From the IMG/VR virus record IMGVR_UViG_3300018494_004239: 64,000 nt of DNA; one strand, 5' to 3'. Numbering within the stretch: the stretch's first letter is position 1; the number at the start of each line of letters is the position of its first letter. This DNA is from an uncultured virus (IMG/VR IMGVR_UViG_3300018494_004239) (Duplodnaviria; Heunggongvirae; Uroviricota; Caudoviricetes). The translations under genes were made by a program, and so were the position numbers. Shown here one piece after another: positions 18,949 through 29,291 of this stretch. The notes beneath the pieces were generated by a model. The model saw only the letters and a program-made list of their open reading frames with translations. It did not search any database and was not told the DNA's origin.

Positions 18949-19697
18949 TAAGGCAACCTCCATTCAATCGGAGATTGTCCATTTTTAATGAGAAAATCAT
19001 TTGTTTTGCTGAATGGTTTACTACCAAAGAAACCCCGATATGCTGAAAGTGGACTTGGATGAGGTGCTGTGAGAATCATATAGTTTTTATCAGCATGTTT
19101 GATAGTGCTATTTAACTCTCTGAAATTTTCCGTTAACAAAACATTTCTAAATACTTCGTCATCAATTGCCGATGCAAAAGATTGCTTCGCTTGATTACCC
19201 CACAAAATAAATACCTTTGGAGTATCAGTATTTAATACTATTTTTAGAATTTCTTTTGTGAAGTTTTGCCAACCAAAATTGATATGAGAATTTGTTTCAT
19301 TTTCTCTAACAGTTAATATTGTGTTTAATAGCAACACACCCTGTTCTGCCCATTTTTCAAGGCAACCAGAGGTTGGGATTGAACAATTCTGGTCAACGCT
19401 TAATTCATTAAAAATATTGATTAGAGATTTTGGGAATGCGATACCATCTTGAACTGAAAAACTCAAACCGTGTGCTTGCCCCTGTTTAATATAGGGGTCT
19501 TGCCCCAGAATTACGACTTTGATATCTTCTGGTTTAGAAAAAGAAATGGAATTAAAGATATTTTCTTTTGCTGGGAAAACTGTATGATTTTTATATTCTT
19601 CATTAATTTTATTTTCTAATTCTAAAAAATACGGTTTTTCAAATTCTGCCGACAATGCTTCATCCCAAGTATCTGGAATTAGATTTCGTAATTGCAT
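18948..19697 (-). CDS. ung: Uracil-DNA glycosylase, family 1
   Basis: VVILGQDPY, QAHGLSFSV, QGVLLLNT, FILWG, HPSPLS. Confidence 0.95.
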   Translation of the reverse strand: MQLRNLIPDTWDEALSAEFEKPYFLELENKINEEYKNHTVFPAKENIFNSISFSKPEDIKVVILGQDPYIKQGQAHGLSFSVQDGIAFPKSLINIFNELSVDQNCSIPTSGCLEKWAEQGVLLLNTILTVRENETNSHINFGWQNFTKEILKIVLNTDTPKVFILWGNQAKQSFASAIDDEVFRNVLLTENFRELNSTIKHADKNYMILTAPHPSPLSAYRGFFGSKPFSKTNDFLIKNGQSPIEWRLP

Positions 19698-19977
19698 ATT
19701 TGTCACCTTTTCACGAATTATTTTTCTTAATTTTACCATAAAGTGTTCTAAATGTCAACTACTATTTTTGCAAAAAGTTTTCTTTTTTGGTTGACACGGT
19801 TTCGAGAATATGGTATAATAAAAACAACAAAATAGCATTTAGAAGGCTTATATGGGAAGAATTTGGGGTAAAGTAGATTTAACTATATTAAAAAGAATTA
19901 CAACATCAAAAGATATTATTAACCTTTGCAAAAAGGTAAAATATCTTAAGACAGTAAGTGTATATGTTCCTTCTTAT

Positions 19978-21539
19978 TATTTAAGTGTCAAAACATCCGT
20001 CTTTGACGGTGGATGCAGGCACAGCGGTCGCACTTGAAGTGCAAGACCGCATATCTTAAACAAACAGTAGAGCGGTAGCGGTGCTGTTTGTTTATTGGAT
20101 TCTATTGACATTTTCTTACTTTTTAAGTATAATTTATACATATAAAACTTATGAAAGGAGTGATAAAAATGTTTAAGAAAGGTTCTTTCAAAAGCAATGG
20201 AACGAATACTGTTAATATTAAATGCAGTATAGACATACCCGTTTCAAAATTAGAACTTCTCAATAAATATTTTGGTCACTCTCGTTTTATATATAACTGG
20301 GCAATTGATTTTAATACCGATAGGTACAAGAATAACTTGCAACAGTATAATTTTGTAAATTTGGCAAAAGAATTACCAAATTTAAAGAAAGTAAACCCAT
20401 TTCTTAAAGAAGCAGATGCTACTTGTTTACAACAAGCGTTGCAGGACTATTGGACCACAATGCAACACTTTTATCAAAAGAAATGCGGTTTACCAAAATA
20501 CCGCAGCAAACACAGTAACCAGAGTTTTCGTATAATGAATGTTACAAATGGCATTCGTTTTGATGGTAACAAAATTAAGTTGGGAAAATTTGGTTGGGTG
20601 AGAACCAAACCTAATCAAGCGATACCTAACGGCACTATTCAATCTGCGACTGTTAAAAAAACGAAATCTGGTAAAGTTTATGTAACTCTTACTATTCGTC
20701 GTGCAGATAGAATTGAACAGTTTGATAAAACTGGCAAAGAAGTAGGTATCGATATCGGAATTAGTCATTTCACTACATTTTCCGATGGAACAGTTATCGA
20801 AAAACCCAATTTTATCAAGCAAAACGAAAAGAAAAAGAGAAGACTCTATCGGCAACTCTCTAAAAAGCAAAAGGGTTCAAAAAATAGAGAGAAAGCAAAA
20901 CTAAAATTAGCAAAATTCTGTGGAAAAGATGCGAACTGTAGAGAAGATTTTCTTCATAAGTTATCTCTTGATATAGTAAGAGAATATGACTTAATTGCGG
21001 TAGAGCATCTTAATGTTAAGAAAATGCTAATGGACAATTCTTTGCCTTACAGTAAGGAATTGCATAAAAACATTGGCGAACTTGGTTGGTATTCATTTAT
21101 ATCTAAATTAAAATATAAATCTGAATGGTATGGTAAAACTTTCATACAGGTTGATACCTACTACCCAAGTTCACAAATCTGCAGTTGCTGTGGATACAAA
21201 AATGCAGAAGTAAAAAATCTCTCCGTTAGAAATTGGATATGTCCCAATTGCAATACTGCCCACGATAGAGATTTTAATGCTTCTGTCAACATATTGAACG
21301 AAGGCAAGAGATTGCTCACTGCCTAATTATATAAACAGTACCGTGGGACACACGGGAACTTACGTCTGTGGACATCGTGTAAGACCAGTTGAGTTATGCT
21401 CAATTGGCAGTGATGGAAGAAGCAGAAACCTTGTAATTCCACTTTAATGGTGGTTTCTATAAAAAATGAACAACCCGTGGTTAGACCGTTAGGGTTGTTC
21501 GTAATGGAAACTACCGCTTGAAGCGGTAGAGGATGTCAT
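19978..21539 (+). mobile_element. IS200/IS605-family non-autonomous element (tnpB only)
   Basis: Subterminal hairpins catccgtc..gacggtggatg and ctaccgcttgaagcggtag; inserted after TTAT, ends TCAT (boundary may shift 3 nt); removal restores the deoC frame. Confidence 0.85.
20169..21326 (+). CDS. tnpB: RNA-guided endonuclease TnpB
   Basis: 'FGHSRFIYN', RuvC GIDIG / IAVEHL / HDRDFNASVNI, zinc finger CSCC..CPNC. Confidence 0.93.
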   Translation: MFKKGSFKSNGTNTVNIKCSIDIPVSKLELLNKYFGHSRFIYNWAIDFNTDRYKNNLQQYNFVNLAKELPNLKKVNPFLKEADATCLQQALQDYWTTMQHFYQKKCGLPKYRSKHSNQSFRIMNVTNGIRFDGNKIKLGKFGWVRTKPNQAIPNGTIQSATVKKTKSGKVYVTLTIRRADRIEQFDKTGKEVGIDIGISHFTTFSDGTVIEKPNFIKQNEKKKRRLYRQLSKKQKGSKNREKAKLKLAKFCGKDANCREDFLHKLSLDIVREYDLIAVEHLNVKKMLMDNSLPYSKELHKNIGELGWYSFISKLKYKSEWYGKTFIQVDTYYPSSQICSCCGYKNAEVKNLSVRNWICPNCNTAHDRDFNASVNILNEGKRLLTA

Positions 21540-21989
21540 TATGTATCACAGGCAAAGGCACATCTTGAATGTAGTGATGTAAAAGTTTGCACTGTTGTTG
21601 GTTTTCCAAATTGGGATTGTTCTACTTTTGCAAAAGTTGCAGAAGAGATTAGAACAATCGTTGAAGCGATTGATGACCACAAAAGAGGTTGCGACATTGT
21701 AATTCTAAAAGTTATTGTCGAAACCTGTTGTCTCACGGAATGGCAGATTAAAAAGATGTGTCAGATTTGTGCGGAATGTGGTGCTGACTACATTAAGACA
21801 TCTACTGGTTTTGCAGAACACGGTGCAACACCAGAGGCAGTTTCTATTATGAAAGAAATGATTGATAGAAACAATTTTGACCTTAAAATTAAAGCATCGG
21901 GAGGTATTAGAACTCTTGTAGATGCTAAAAAATATATTGATATTGGTGCCGATAGAATCGGTGCGAGTAATCTATGCTAAAAGAAAGGG

Positions 21990-22700
21990 GTGTTCGTTGT
22001 GTCCACCTATGTTATGTCGGATATTCACGGTAGATACGACGAATATCTCGAAATGTTACTAAAAATAAATTTCTCCCACAAAGATAAATTATATATTCTT
22101 GGGGATGTCATTGACCGTGGGCAAAATCCAATCAAGGTCTTAAGACACACAATGTATGCAGACAATATTGTTCTTTTGATGGGTAATCATGAAAAAATGA
22201 TGCTCGATTCTGCAAGCACAGACGAAGAGAAAAGAGCAGAAGCAAACGATATGTGGGAGTGGAACGGTGGTTATACCACAAAGAGAGAATTCTTTGAATT
22301 ATCAAAAGAAGTTCGACAAGAAATTATTGATTATATTGCCGAACTTAAATGGTACGAGTTTGTGGAAATTGGTGATAAAAAATTCTTTTTATCCCATGCT
22401 GCTCTTTGTATGAGAGATGGAGATAGTTTTGAAGAAACTCTTGAAAATGAAGTTAAAAGTGAAAACATCCTCTGGAATAGAGGAGAGTTGAGATTTTGGG
22501 AGAACACTTCCGATTATATATTTGTACATGGTCATACACCAAGTGGTAAATGGCATCCTTTTGGTTTTTATGAAATTCTCACTTACGATGATGGGAAAAA
22601 GATAAATATTGATTGCGGATGTGCAAAAATACAGAGACTTGGTTGCTTGAGACTTGACGATATGTGTCAATTCTATGTTGAGTGCGACAAGAGTTTATAA
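21990..22700 (+). CDS. Calcineurin-like metallophosphoesterase (Ser/Thr phosphatase-like)
   Basis: SDIHG, GDVIDRG, GNHE, HGHTP, IDCGC. Confidence 0.9.
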   Translation: MFVVSTYVMSDIHGRYDEYLEMLLKINFSHKDKLYILGDVIDRGQNPIKVLRHTMYADNIVLLMGNHEKMMLDSASTDEEKRAEANDMWEWNGGYTTKREFFELSKEVRQEIIDYIAELKWYEFVEIGDKKFFLSHAALCMRDGDSFEETLENEVKSENILWNRGELRFWENTSDYIFVHGHTPSGKWHPFGFYEILTYDDGKKINIDCGCAKIQRLGCLRLDDMCQFYVECDKSL

Positions 22701-22755
22701 AAAAATTTTTCTTAAAATACTTGACAAATGTAATTTTATGTTTTATAATAGCAGA

Positions 22756-23264
22756 ACGATAACAAAAATGTTATCGAGCAATCTCCTTCGACTGGGTTGA
22801 AAAATGAGTTGAAGGTCGTGGCAAATAGAAGTAATTTGGATTTTGACCTGAACTTCTTTGGAAACATTGGAAATTCCTTGGGAACTTCTACACGAAGCAT
22901 CTATTGAGATGTGGACGTATTGGGGAACACTGAATGGAAGGTGCGGAAAAAGTGGGGATGCGATAATGAAGGATTAGTTTCGGTCCTGATTGCATTGCTA
23001 TTCGCTTGTCGAATAGTTACAAGGAGACACTTACCGCAGGTTTCCTCACCGAAAGGTTCGCCTTTCGATTGTGCACCAAGAATGGTGCTTGTGGTATATT
23101 GGAGATGAATGGGTTGAACTTCTCCACTAACTTGCCTTCATACTTGGGTTGAAAATGAGTATGATGACCGTAAGGGCATTCGGAAACGAATGGCAAAATA
23201 ATAAAGTACAAAACTTAATTGTTTGTATAAATTAGGACTTAATCGAAAGGTTAAGTCCTTTTTT
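22756..23264 (+). ncRNA. Candidate ~500-nt structured noncoding RNA
   Basis: Promoter TTGACA(22721)-17-TATAAT; terminator 23234-23264; many hairpins; GGGUUGAA loop three times; no credible ORF. Confidence 0.65.
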
Positions 23265-23345
23265 ATTTTATTTTTTGAAAAAATAAAGTCCATATGATAT
23301 TGTTTTTGTATTGGTATATTAAACACAATATTAAGGAGGAATAAT

Positions 23346-24059
23346 ATGAAAGCACAAATTAGCCAATTTATCGTCGAGGTAGGAAGAAAATGCAACCGTC
23401 AATGTGCTCATTGCCTGCGCGGTGCTATGGAAGATGTAACGATTGATATTGAATATGTTAAGCATATCATCAATCAGGTAAGTTACATTGGTTGCATCAC
23501 TTTCACTGGTGGCGAACCTACTCTCTACAGCAAGGAAATTGCTGAAATTGTCGATTACATCGTAGATAATCATGTCGAGGTTGGCGGTTTCTATATCGCA
23601 TCCAATGGAGAGATTTACAGTCACGAACTCATGACTGCTCTCATCAAACTCTATGCACATAGTCTGGAGTTTGGCGACAACGAATTGACTGCATACGATG
23701 TATCAAATGACCAGTTCCACTCTCCAAATCCCGACGTTATCGCAAAACTGAAGGCATTTTCTTTCTTCAGTCAGCGAAATGAGATTCCTGCAAAGGGTCT
23801 TATTGCAGAGGGTTTTGCAAAGGACACTGGTTATCGTTATCTGAACTACGACAAGAAGTTCTATGTAAGTGAATATCCAGATTACGATGGCGAGGATACT
23901 GTGTATGAGTTCGATATGCTTTATCTTAATGCCCTTGGCAAGATGCTTACTGATTGTGATTACTCTTTCGCCTCTCAAAGAAACATTGATGCTCCCGCAT
24001 ACAATGAGATTTCTCTCGTTGACCTTGCTTTGAACGAAAAGTATTCCAATATCGAGTAA
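23346..24059 (+). CDS. Radical SAM protein
   Basis: CNRQCAHC, FTGGEP. Confidence 0.85.
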   Translation: MKAQISQFIVEVGRKCNRQCAHCLRGAMEDVTIDIEYVKHIINQVSYIGCITFTGGEPTLYSKEIAEIVDYIVDNHVEVGGFYIASNGEIYSHELMTALIKLYAHSLEFGDNELTAYDVSNDQFHSPNPDVIAKLKAFSFFSQRNEIPAKGLIAEGFAKDTGYRYLNYDKKFYVSEYPDYDGEDTVYEFDMLYLNALGKMLTDCDYSFASQRNIDAPAYNEISLVDLALNEKYSNIE

Positions 24060-24103
24060 AAAAGAAAGTACCAGACATTTGTCTGGTACTTTTGCTTTGT
24101 ATG

Positions 24104-24940
24104 TTATTTAATTTCTGATTTTTTGAATTTTGCATAACCAAACCATACAAATAGTAGGATGTATAAAAGTGTACTACCATATATTGTTGCATAGTTGATT
24201 GCTGATACATCAAAATTAACAAGTTCAATACACTGATATAGAGGGAAAAGAAGTGTTACATTCATGTCCCAACCAAGCACCATATTGAACATTGGTAAAA
24301 TGGTGTTAAAAATCATAAAAGAAACGATAAATAAAGAAACAGATGCTACCGTTGATTGTGTCGCAAATACGAAACAATGTGCGGCGGCGATTACACCGAT
24401 ATAAATCGGAATTTGCCTAATTCCTGTAAATAACAATTCTCCAAGTTGGGATGCAGAAATACCTTCCCAATATACAAGCATACTACTTAAAATTGCAAAT
24501 ACGAAAAATACTAAATAGTAACCAATCGTATACAAACAAGAAAGTGTAAACTTTGAAAAATAGATATTTTTTCTACTGATACCAGCAGTAAGCGAGTTTT
24601 TAATCGTTCCCGATGAAAATTCAACCGCAGAAACCAAAATGAAAATCGCAATTAAGCAATAAATAAGCGTATCGGATTTTAGAATTTCCTGTGCCGTTGT
24701 AAATGCTGTTGAAGAACCAAAACTTCCTACCAGCATATCTCCCATTTCGGCGATATCTCCGCCTTCAACGGGGGTTTCTTGCATAATACTTTCACCTGGC
24801 AACAAAGTGTTGGCAACAATATCAATGCCTTTATAAAGTAATGCGGAAAGCAATACAAAAACAATACATACAATTGCCGTTACATAAAGAGATTTTGATT
24901 TACTTGTTCTATACAAGTCTGCTTTCAATAAGTTTGTCAT
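24104..24940 (-). CDS. ABC-2 type transporter permease
   Basis: Six hydrophobic segments; 'EFSSGTIKNSLTAGISRKNIYFSK'. Confidence 0.85.
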   Translation of the reverse strand: MTNLLKADLYRTSKSKSLYVTAIVCIVFVLLSALLYKGIDIVANTLLPGESIMQETPVEGGDIAEMGDMLVGSFGSSTAFTTAQEILKSDTLIYCLIAIFILVSAVEFSSGTIKNSLTAGISRKNIYFSKFTLSCLYTIGYYLVFFVFAILSSMLVYWEGISASQLGELLFTGIRQIPIYIGVIAAAHCFVFATQSTVASVSLFIVSFMIFNTILPMFNMVLGWDMNVTLLFPLYQCIELVNFDVSAINYATIYGSTLLYILLFVWFGYAKFKKSEIK

Positions 24941-25842
24941 CATGCATTACCTCCATTACTCAAAATAGTTAAGAACAAATCTTCCAAAGTGATTTTCTTA
25001 TGATAAATTGCATCGATAACGATTTCTTTTTCAACCATATCTTTTGCAAATGTGTGAGTTTGCATATCTTTACTCTCAACCTCAACAGTGTTGTGGTCGA
25101 TTTCTTCGAATGCCAATTTCTTTGATGTGAGATATTCTTTTAATTTATCGAATTCTGGTGAAGCAATAATAATCTTATCACTTGTCATTTCTGCCAATTC
25201 ATCCTTTGTAAATTCCTTGATGAATTTACCTTCATTGATAATGCCAAACTTTGTGGCAATTTGAGAAAGTTCTGACAAGATATGACTACAAATGATAAAG
25301 GTAACACCATTATCATTAAGTTCTTTGATAATTTCTCTTAATTCGGAAATGCCGACTGGGTCAAGACCATTTGTGGGTTCGTCCAAAATTACAAGTTTTG
25401 GATTATTCATCAAAGCAAGAGCAATTCCGAGTCTCTGTTTCATTCCGAGAGAATATTCTCTAAACTTTTTCGTGTTTTTAACACTGGATAACTTCACTTT
25501 TTCCAAGCAAATATCAACAATTTCTTCTTTGCAGTTAAACTGTTTGCAATAGAAAATCAAATTTTCTCTTGCTGTTAAATTTTTGAAGAATACTGGTGTT
25601 TCGATAATAGAACCGATATTTCTTCTTGGTTCTTCTAAATTAGCAGAATCAAAAATAGTTAGTTCGCCAGTTGTTGGCATTGTAAGACCAGTAATAACCT
25701 TGATAAAAGTAGATTTACCAGCACCATTTGGTCCGATTAAACCGTAAATATCACCTTTGTTGATTTCAATAGAAAAATCATTCAATGCTTTTGTATTTCG
25801 ATAAACTTTCGAAATATTTTTCATAGAAATTACACTGCTCAT
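24940..25842 (-). CDS. ABC transporter ATP-binding protein (BcrA/lantibiotic-immunity type)
   Basis: GPNGAGKST, YSLGMKQRL, ILDEPTNGLDP. Confidence 0.92.
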   Translation of the reverse strand: MSSVISMKNISKVYRNTKALNDFSIEINKGDIYGLIGPNGAGKSTFIKVITGLTMPTTGELTIFDSANLEEPRRNIGSIIETPVFFKNLTARENLIFYCKQFNCKEEIVDICLEKVKLSSVKNTKKFREYSLGMKQRLGIALALMNNPKLVILDEPTNGLDPVGISELREIIKELNDNGVTFIICSHILSELSQIATKFGIINEGKFIKEFTKDELAEMTSDKIIIASPEFDKLKEYLTSKKLAFEEIDHNTVEVESKDMQTHTFAKDMVEKEIVIDAIYHKKITLEDLFLTILSNGGNA

Positions 25843-25845
25843 ATA

Positions 25846-26463
25846 TTACCCTCCATTGTTACTTGTATATAGTATATAGTTTTCTGTTGGCATTTCATTT
25901 GTTAGTCCGTTTTCAACAGATGAAGTAATATTAATCCACATTCCCGTTAAATCATCTTCATCTCTTGTACTCATTAAAATTTCTTTTAATACATTTCTGT
26001 CTGTAATGCCTTTTTCTGCTTTTACAACGAGACCTGTATCTACATTGTAATAGTAATCAAAACCAAATTGAGATGGTGTTGTTAATTTTTTGTTTTCAAC
26101 TTGACAGTAATTAAATACGACTGCTGAAAAACTTTTTGCAGTTATTGGTAAAAAGTCTTTATCAAATGTCGCATTACATCTGTTATTGATTAGTTCTTCA
26201 TAATTCGTTTCTCCATCTGTTACCTGTCTTAATACTGCTTCAACTTTTGGCATATCATAAGTCGCAGACAAATAAGAGCGACCATCAATAGCGTAGTGAT
26301 TTATTGCGATTTCCATTGCTCTAATCTCTTGCATATCGCTTGATGCTCTTGCCTTTTCTATAATTCCAGCAACAGAAGGTACAGTTACGAATGCTAAAAC
26401 AGCAAGAATGCCGATAACTACTAATAGTTCGATAAGGGTAAAACCCTTTTTAGAAGTGAGCAT
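25846..26463 (-). CDS. Short, divergent type IV pilin-like protein (copy 4), no tip domain
   Basis: MLTSKKG|FTLIELLVVIGILAVLAFVTVPSVAG; first gene of the ABC operon. Confidence 0.85.
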   Translation of the reverse strand: MLTSKKGFTLIELLVVIGILAVLAFVTVPSVAGIIEKARASSDMQEIRAMEIAINHYAIDGRSYLSATYDMPKVEAVLRQVTDGETNYEELINNRCNATFDKDFLPITAKSFSAVVFNYCQVENKKLTTPSQFGFDYYYNVDTGLVVKAEKGITDRNVLKEILMSTRDEDDLTGMWINITSSVENGLTNEMPTENYILYTSNNGG

Positions 26464-26611
26464 TTCAAAAGCACCTCCATAAAAATTTTCTACAGTATAA
26501 CATATTTTTTTCACAAAATCAATACAAAAAGTAGTTGACATAGGCACTATTTTGTGATACAATAATGGAGGTAAAACCGAGCACACAAAAGATAAAGGAG
26601 ATTAAAATTTT

Positions 26612-28015
26612 ATGAAGTATGATGTAGCGATTATTGGTGGTGGTGCAGGCGGTCTGTTTGCTGCCTACGAGTTCACGAAGAAGTACCCCAATATGAAGGT
26701 TTGTATTCTCGAAAAGGGAAACGAACTGAATAAGAGAAAGTGCCCGATTGACGGCAAGAAGATTAAGAATTGCATCGGATGCAAGAACTGTTCTATTACT
26801 ACTGGTATCGGTGGTGCAGGTGCTTTTTCCGATGGTAAGTATAATATCACCAATGATTTTGGTGGAAATCTTTTCGAGTATGTTGGTCGTGAGACCGCTA
26901 TCGAGTTGATGGAGTATGTTGATGCTATCAATATGGAAATGGGTGGCGATGGTTCTACCCTATATCCTTCTGCAAGTACTGCATTGAAGAGAGAGGCATT
27001 GAAGCACGATTTGCATCTGCTTGATGCGAATGTGCGCCATCTTGGTACTGAAAAGAATTACAATATTATCGGCAACATTGTCGAATATCTGTCTGATAAG
27101 ATTGATATTTTCTACAATGCTTCTGTTGATACTGTAAAGCAGTTTGAGGATATTTGGTACATCGGTGCTGGCGAAAAGTTGGGCGTCTATGCGAACAATG
27201 TCATTGTTGCAACTGGTCGTAGCGGTTCAAAGTGGACTTCCCAGTTGTGTGAGAGTTTCGGTATTGCTGGTAGCAATAACCGTGTAGATATCGGTATTCG
27301 CTTTGAGTGTCCTGCTGAAATTTGGGAACATATTACCGACGAGGTCTATGAGAGTAAGATTATGTACAGAAGTTCCAAGACTGGTTGTACTTGTCGTACT
27401 TTCTGTATGAATCCTCACGGCGAAATAGTTGCCGAGAACACCAACGGTATCGTGACTGTTAACGGGCATAGTTATGAAGATAAGTCTCTGCATACCAAGA
27501 ATACGAACTTCGCTCTGCTTGTCACTCATAAGTTCACAGAACCTTTTAAGGATAGTAATGCTTATGGGGAAGCAGTTGCAAGCATGGTAAATATGCTTGC
27601 TGGTGGTGTTATGGTTCAGCGATTTGGTGATTTGCTTGCAAATAAGCGAACCAATGCTGACAGACTTGAAAAGTCTTTTACTCGCCCCACTCTGTCTGCA
27701 GAACCTGGCAACCTTGCCCTGTGTATGCCGAAGATGACCTTGGACACTATTATCGAGATGATTTATGCTCTTGATAAGATTGCTCCTGGTACGGCAAACT
27801 ACGACAATCTGCTATATGGTGCAGAAGTTAAGTTCTATAATTCCGTTGTCAATGTTGATAATAATTTTGAGAGCGAGAAGAAGGGACTCTACTTTATCGG
27901 CGATTGCAGTGGCACTACCCACTCTTTAGGTCAGGCCAGTGCAGAAGGTGTATATGTAAGTCGTGTAATTGGCGAAAAAACGGCTGATGATAATGTCCAA
28001 GTCGATATGAAATGA
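26612..28015 (+). CDS. FAD-dependent oxidoreductase
   Basis: IIGGGAGG, GGAGAFSDGK, RTFCMNPHG, GLYFIGD. Confidence 0.85.
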   Translation: MKYDVAIIGGGAGGLFAAYEFTKKYPNMKVCILEKGNELNKRKCPIDGKKIKNCIGCKNCSITTGIGGAGAFSDGKYNITNDFGGNLFEYVGRETAIELMEYVDAINMEMGGDGSTLYPSASTALKREALKHDLHLLDANVRHLGTEKNYNIIGNIVEYLSDKIDIFYNASVDTVKQFEDIWYIGAGEKLGVYANNVIVATGRSGSKWTSQLCESFGIAGSNNRVDIGIRFECPAEIWEHITDEVYESKIMYRSSKTGCTCRTFCMNPHGEIVAENTNGIVTVNGHSYEDKSLHTKNTNFALLVTHKFTEPFKDSNAYGEAVASMVNMLAGGVMVQRFGDLLANKRTNADRLEKSFTRPTLSAEPGNLALCMPKMTLDTIIEMIYALDKIAPGTANYDNLLYGAEVKFYNSVVNVDNNFESEKKGLYFIGDCSGTTHSLGQASAEGVYVSRVIGEKTADDNVQVDMK

Positions 28016-28076
28016 TACAAGTCGATATGAAATTATAAAAAATTCAAAAAGTTGAAAGTCCAAGTCGATATGAAAT
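27994..28076 (+). repeat. Three 16-bp direct repeats CAAGTCGATATGAAAT behind a terminal TGT (Tn7-like transposon end candidate)
   Basis: Exact copies at 27998, 28018 and 28061. Confidence 0.75.
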
Positions 28077-28271
28077 CATAATAACATTATCGATGAAAAA
28101 AATAAATATAAAAATAGGCATCTTGCATAAAATTGCAGGATGCCTATTATTTTTTTTATCATTTTTACTTGACATTTTTGAAAAAATGTTAAATTATTTT
28201 AATATTGTAATTATACATATTCTATATTTAATATAAAAAATAATTAACAAACATATAGAGGAGTTACCAAT

Positions 28272-29003
28272 ATGGCGAAAGGATATATTTACATAATGAC
28301 CAATCCAGCATTGACAAATATGGTTAAGATAGGATATGCCACGGATGTTGAGGAGAGACGAAAACAATTGAGTGGTACTGCTCTCCCTTATGATTATGAG
28401 GTGTATGCCACTTACGAAACCGCTGGTAATCTGGAAGATAAGAAATTGCATTCCCTAATTGACTTATTAAATCCAAAATTAAGAGTTTCAAAGCACAGAG
28501 AGTTTTATATCATGACACCAGAAGATGCTTTTGCTATGTTAACTGCAATTGCAAGAATCAGTAATACTGCAGAACCAAAGTTTTGGACACAAAATAAACC
28601 ACAACACATCCAAGATGTTGATGGTGATGGTTCAAACAAAGGTAATAATCTTGCCGAAGAAGAGTGGCTTGCAGAAAAAACACCAGAGATGGTTAATTGG
28701 TATCGAATGTTAAAGCGAGACATCTTTGACAAGGTTTCGGGAACATCATTGCGAGTCACACCTAACTATATCTTATGGTTGGCAAACGGCATTGGTTTTT
28801 GCGAGTTCCATTTGCAAAAAAACAAAATCCAAATGTATACTCTTCCTCCTATTGATGACCACGAATTGGGAGACCTGCTCCCAGATAGTTACAATTGGAC
28901 AATGAAGTACCGATTATATATGAATTCATTAGATGATAAAGAAAAAGTAAAAGAAGTATTGATGGATTCTTATAAACAAAGAAATCCTAATTGGAAGGAG
29001 TAA
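28272..29003 (+). CDS. GIY-YIG (T5orf172) domain protein with DUF5655-like C-terminus
   Basis: 'GYIYIMTNP..MVKIGY..VEERRKQL', 'REFY'. Confidence 0.8.
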   Translation: MAKGYIYIMTNPALTNMVKIGYATDVEERRKQLSGTALPYDYEVYATYETAGNLEDKKLHSLIDLLNPKLRVSKHREFYIMTPEDAFAMLTAIARISNTAEPKFWTQNKPQHIQDVDGDGSNKGNNLAEEEWLAEKTPEMVNWYRMLKRDIFDKVSGTSLRVTPNYILWLANGIGFCEFHLQKNKIQMYTLPPIDDHELGDLLPDSYNWTMKYRLYMNSLDDKEKVKEVLMDSYKQRNPNWKE

Positions 29004-29008
29004 ATGAT

Positions 29009-29272
29009 ATGTCAAATGTGAAATATTTTACAAACGATAAGTTTCGTGCATTAGCATACCTTTATGATGTAAAAGGCAATGATAATCGCGCACGTATTAC
29101 ACAGCAAGAGGTTGCCGATGAACTCGGTTTAAGTAGAGTAACAATGAATGGCATCTTCAAGCAGTTAAAAGAAGATGGATATTTAGAACAAGATACAGTA
29201 CACATTGGAAGATATTTGCTGACTGATAAGGCTATTTCAGCAGTAGAAATGTTTAGAGCATCTGATAAATAA
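29009..29272 (+). CDS. Small helix-turn-helix regulator
   Basis: 'ITQQEVADELGLSRVTMNGIFKQLKEDGYL'. Confidence 0.8.
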   Translation: MSNVKYFTNDKFRALAYLYDVKGNDNRARITQQEVADELGLSRVTMNGIFKQLKEDGYLEQDTVHIGRYLLTDKAISAVEMFRASDK

Positions 29273-29291
29273 GAATTAGGAGGCGCATTAA

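Larger units (their letters stand above)
19852..21980 (+). pseudogene. deoC: Deoxyribose-phosphate aldolase interrupted by a TnpB IS and internally deleted
   Basis: 5' part 19852-19977 (VDLTILK..VYVPSY) joins in frame to 21540-21980 (YVSQAK..VCTVVGFP..LKVIVET..ADYIKTSTGF..IKASGGIRT..GADRIGAS); GADEIDMV segment missing. Confidence 0.85.

Noticed and set aside
19978..21539. IStron (intron-IS hybrid) rescuing deoC
   Set aside because: Only ~190 nt precede tnpB with no group I core, and deoC is also internally deleted
27994..28076. Mini-CRISPR from three 16-bp repeats
   Set aside because: Repeats too short and gaps of 4 and 27 nt are irregular; fits transposon-end binding sites better
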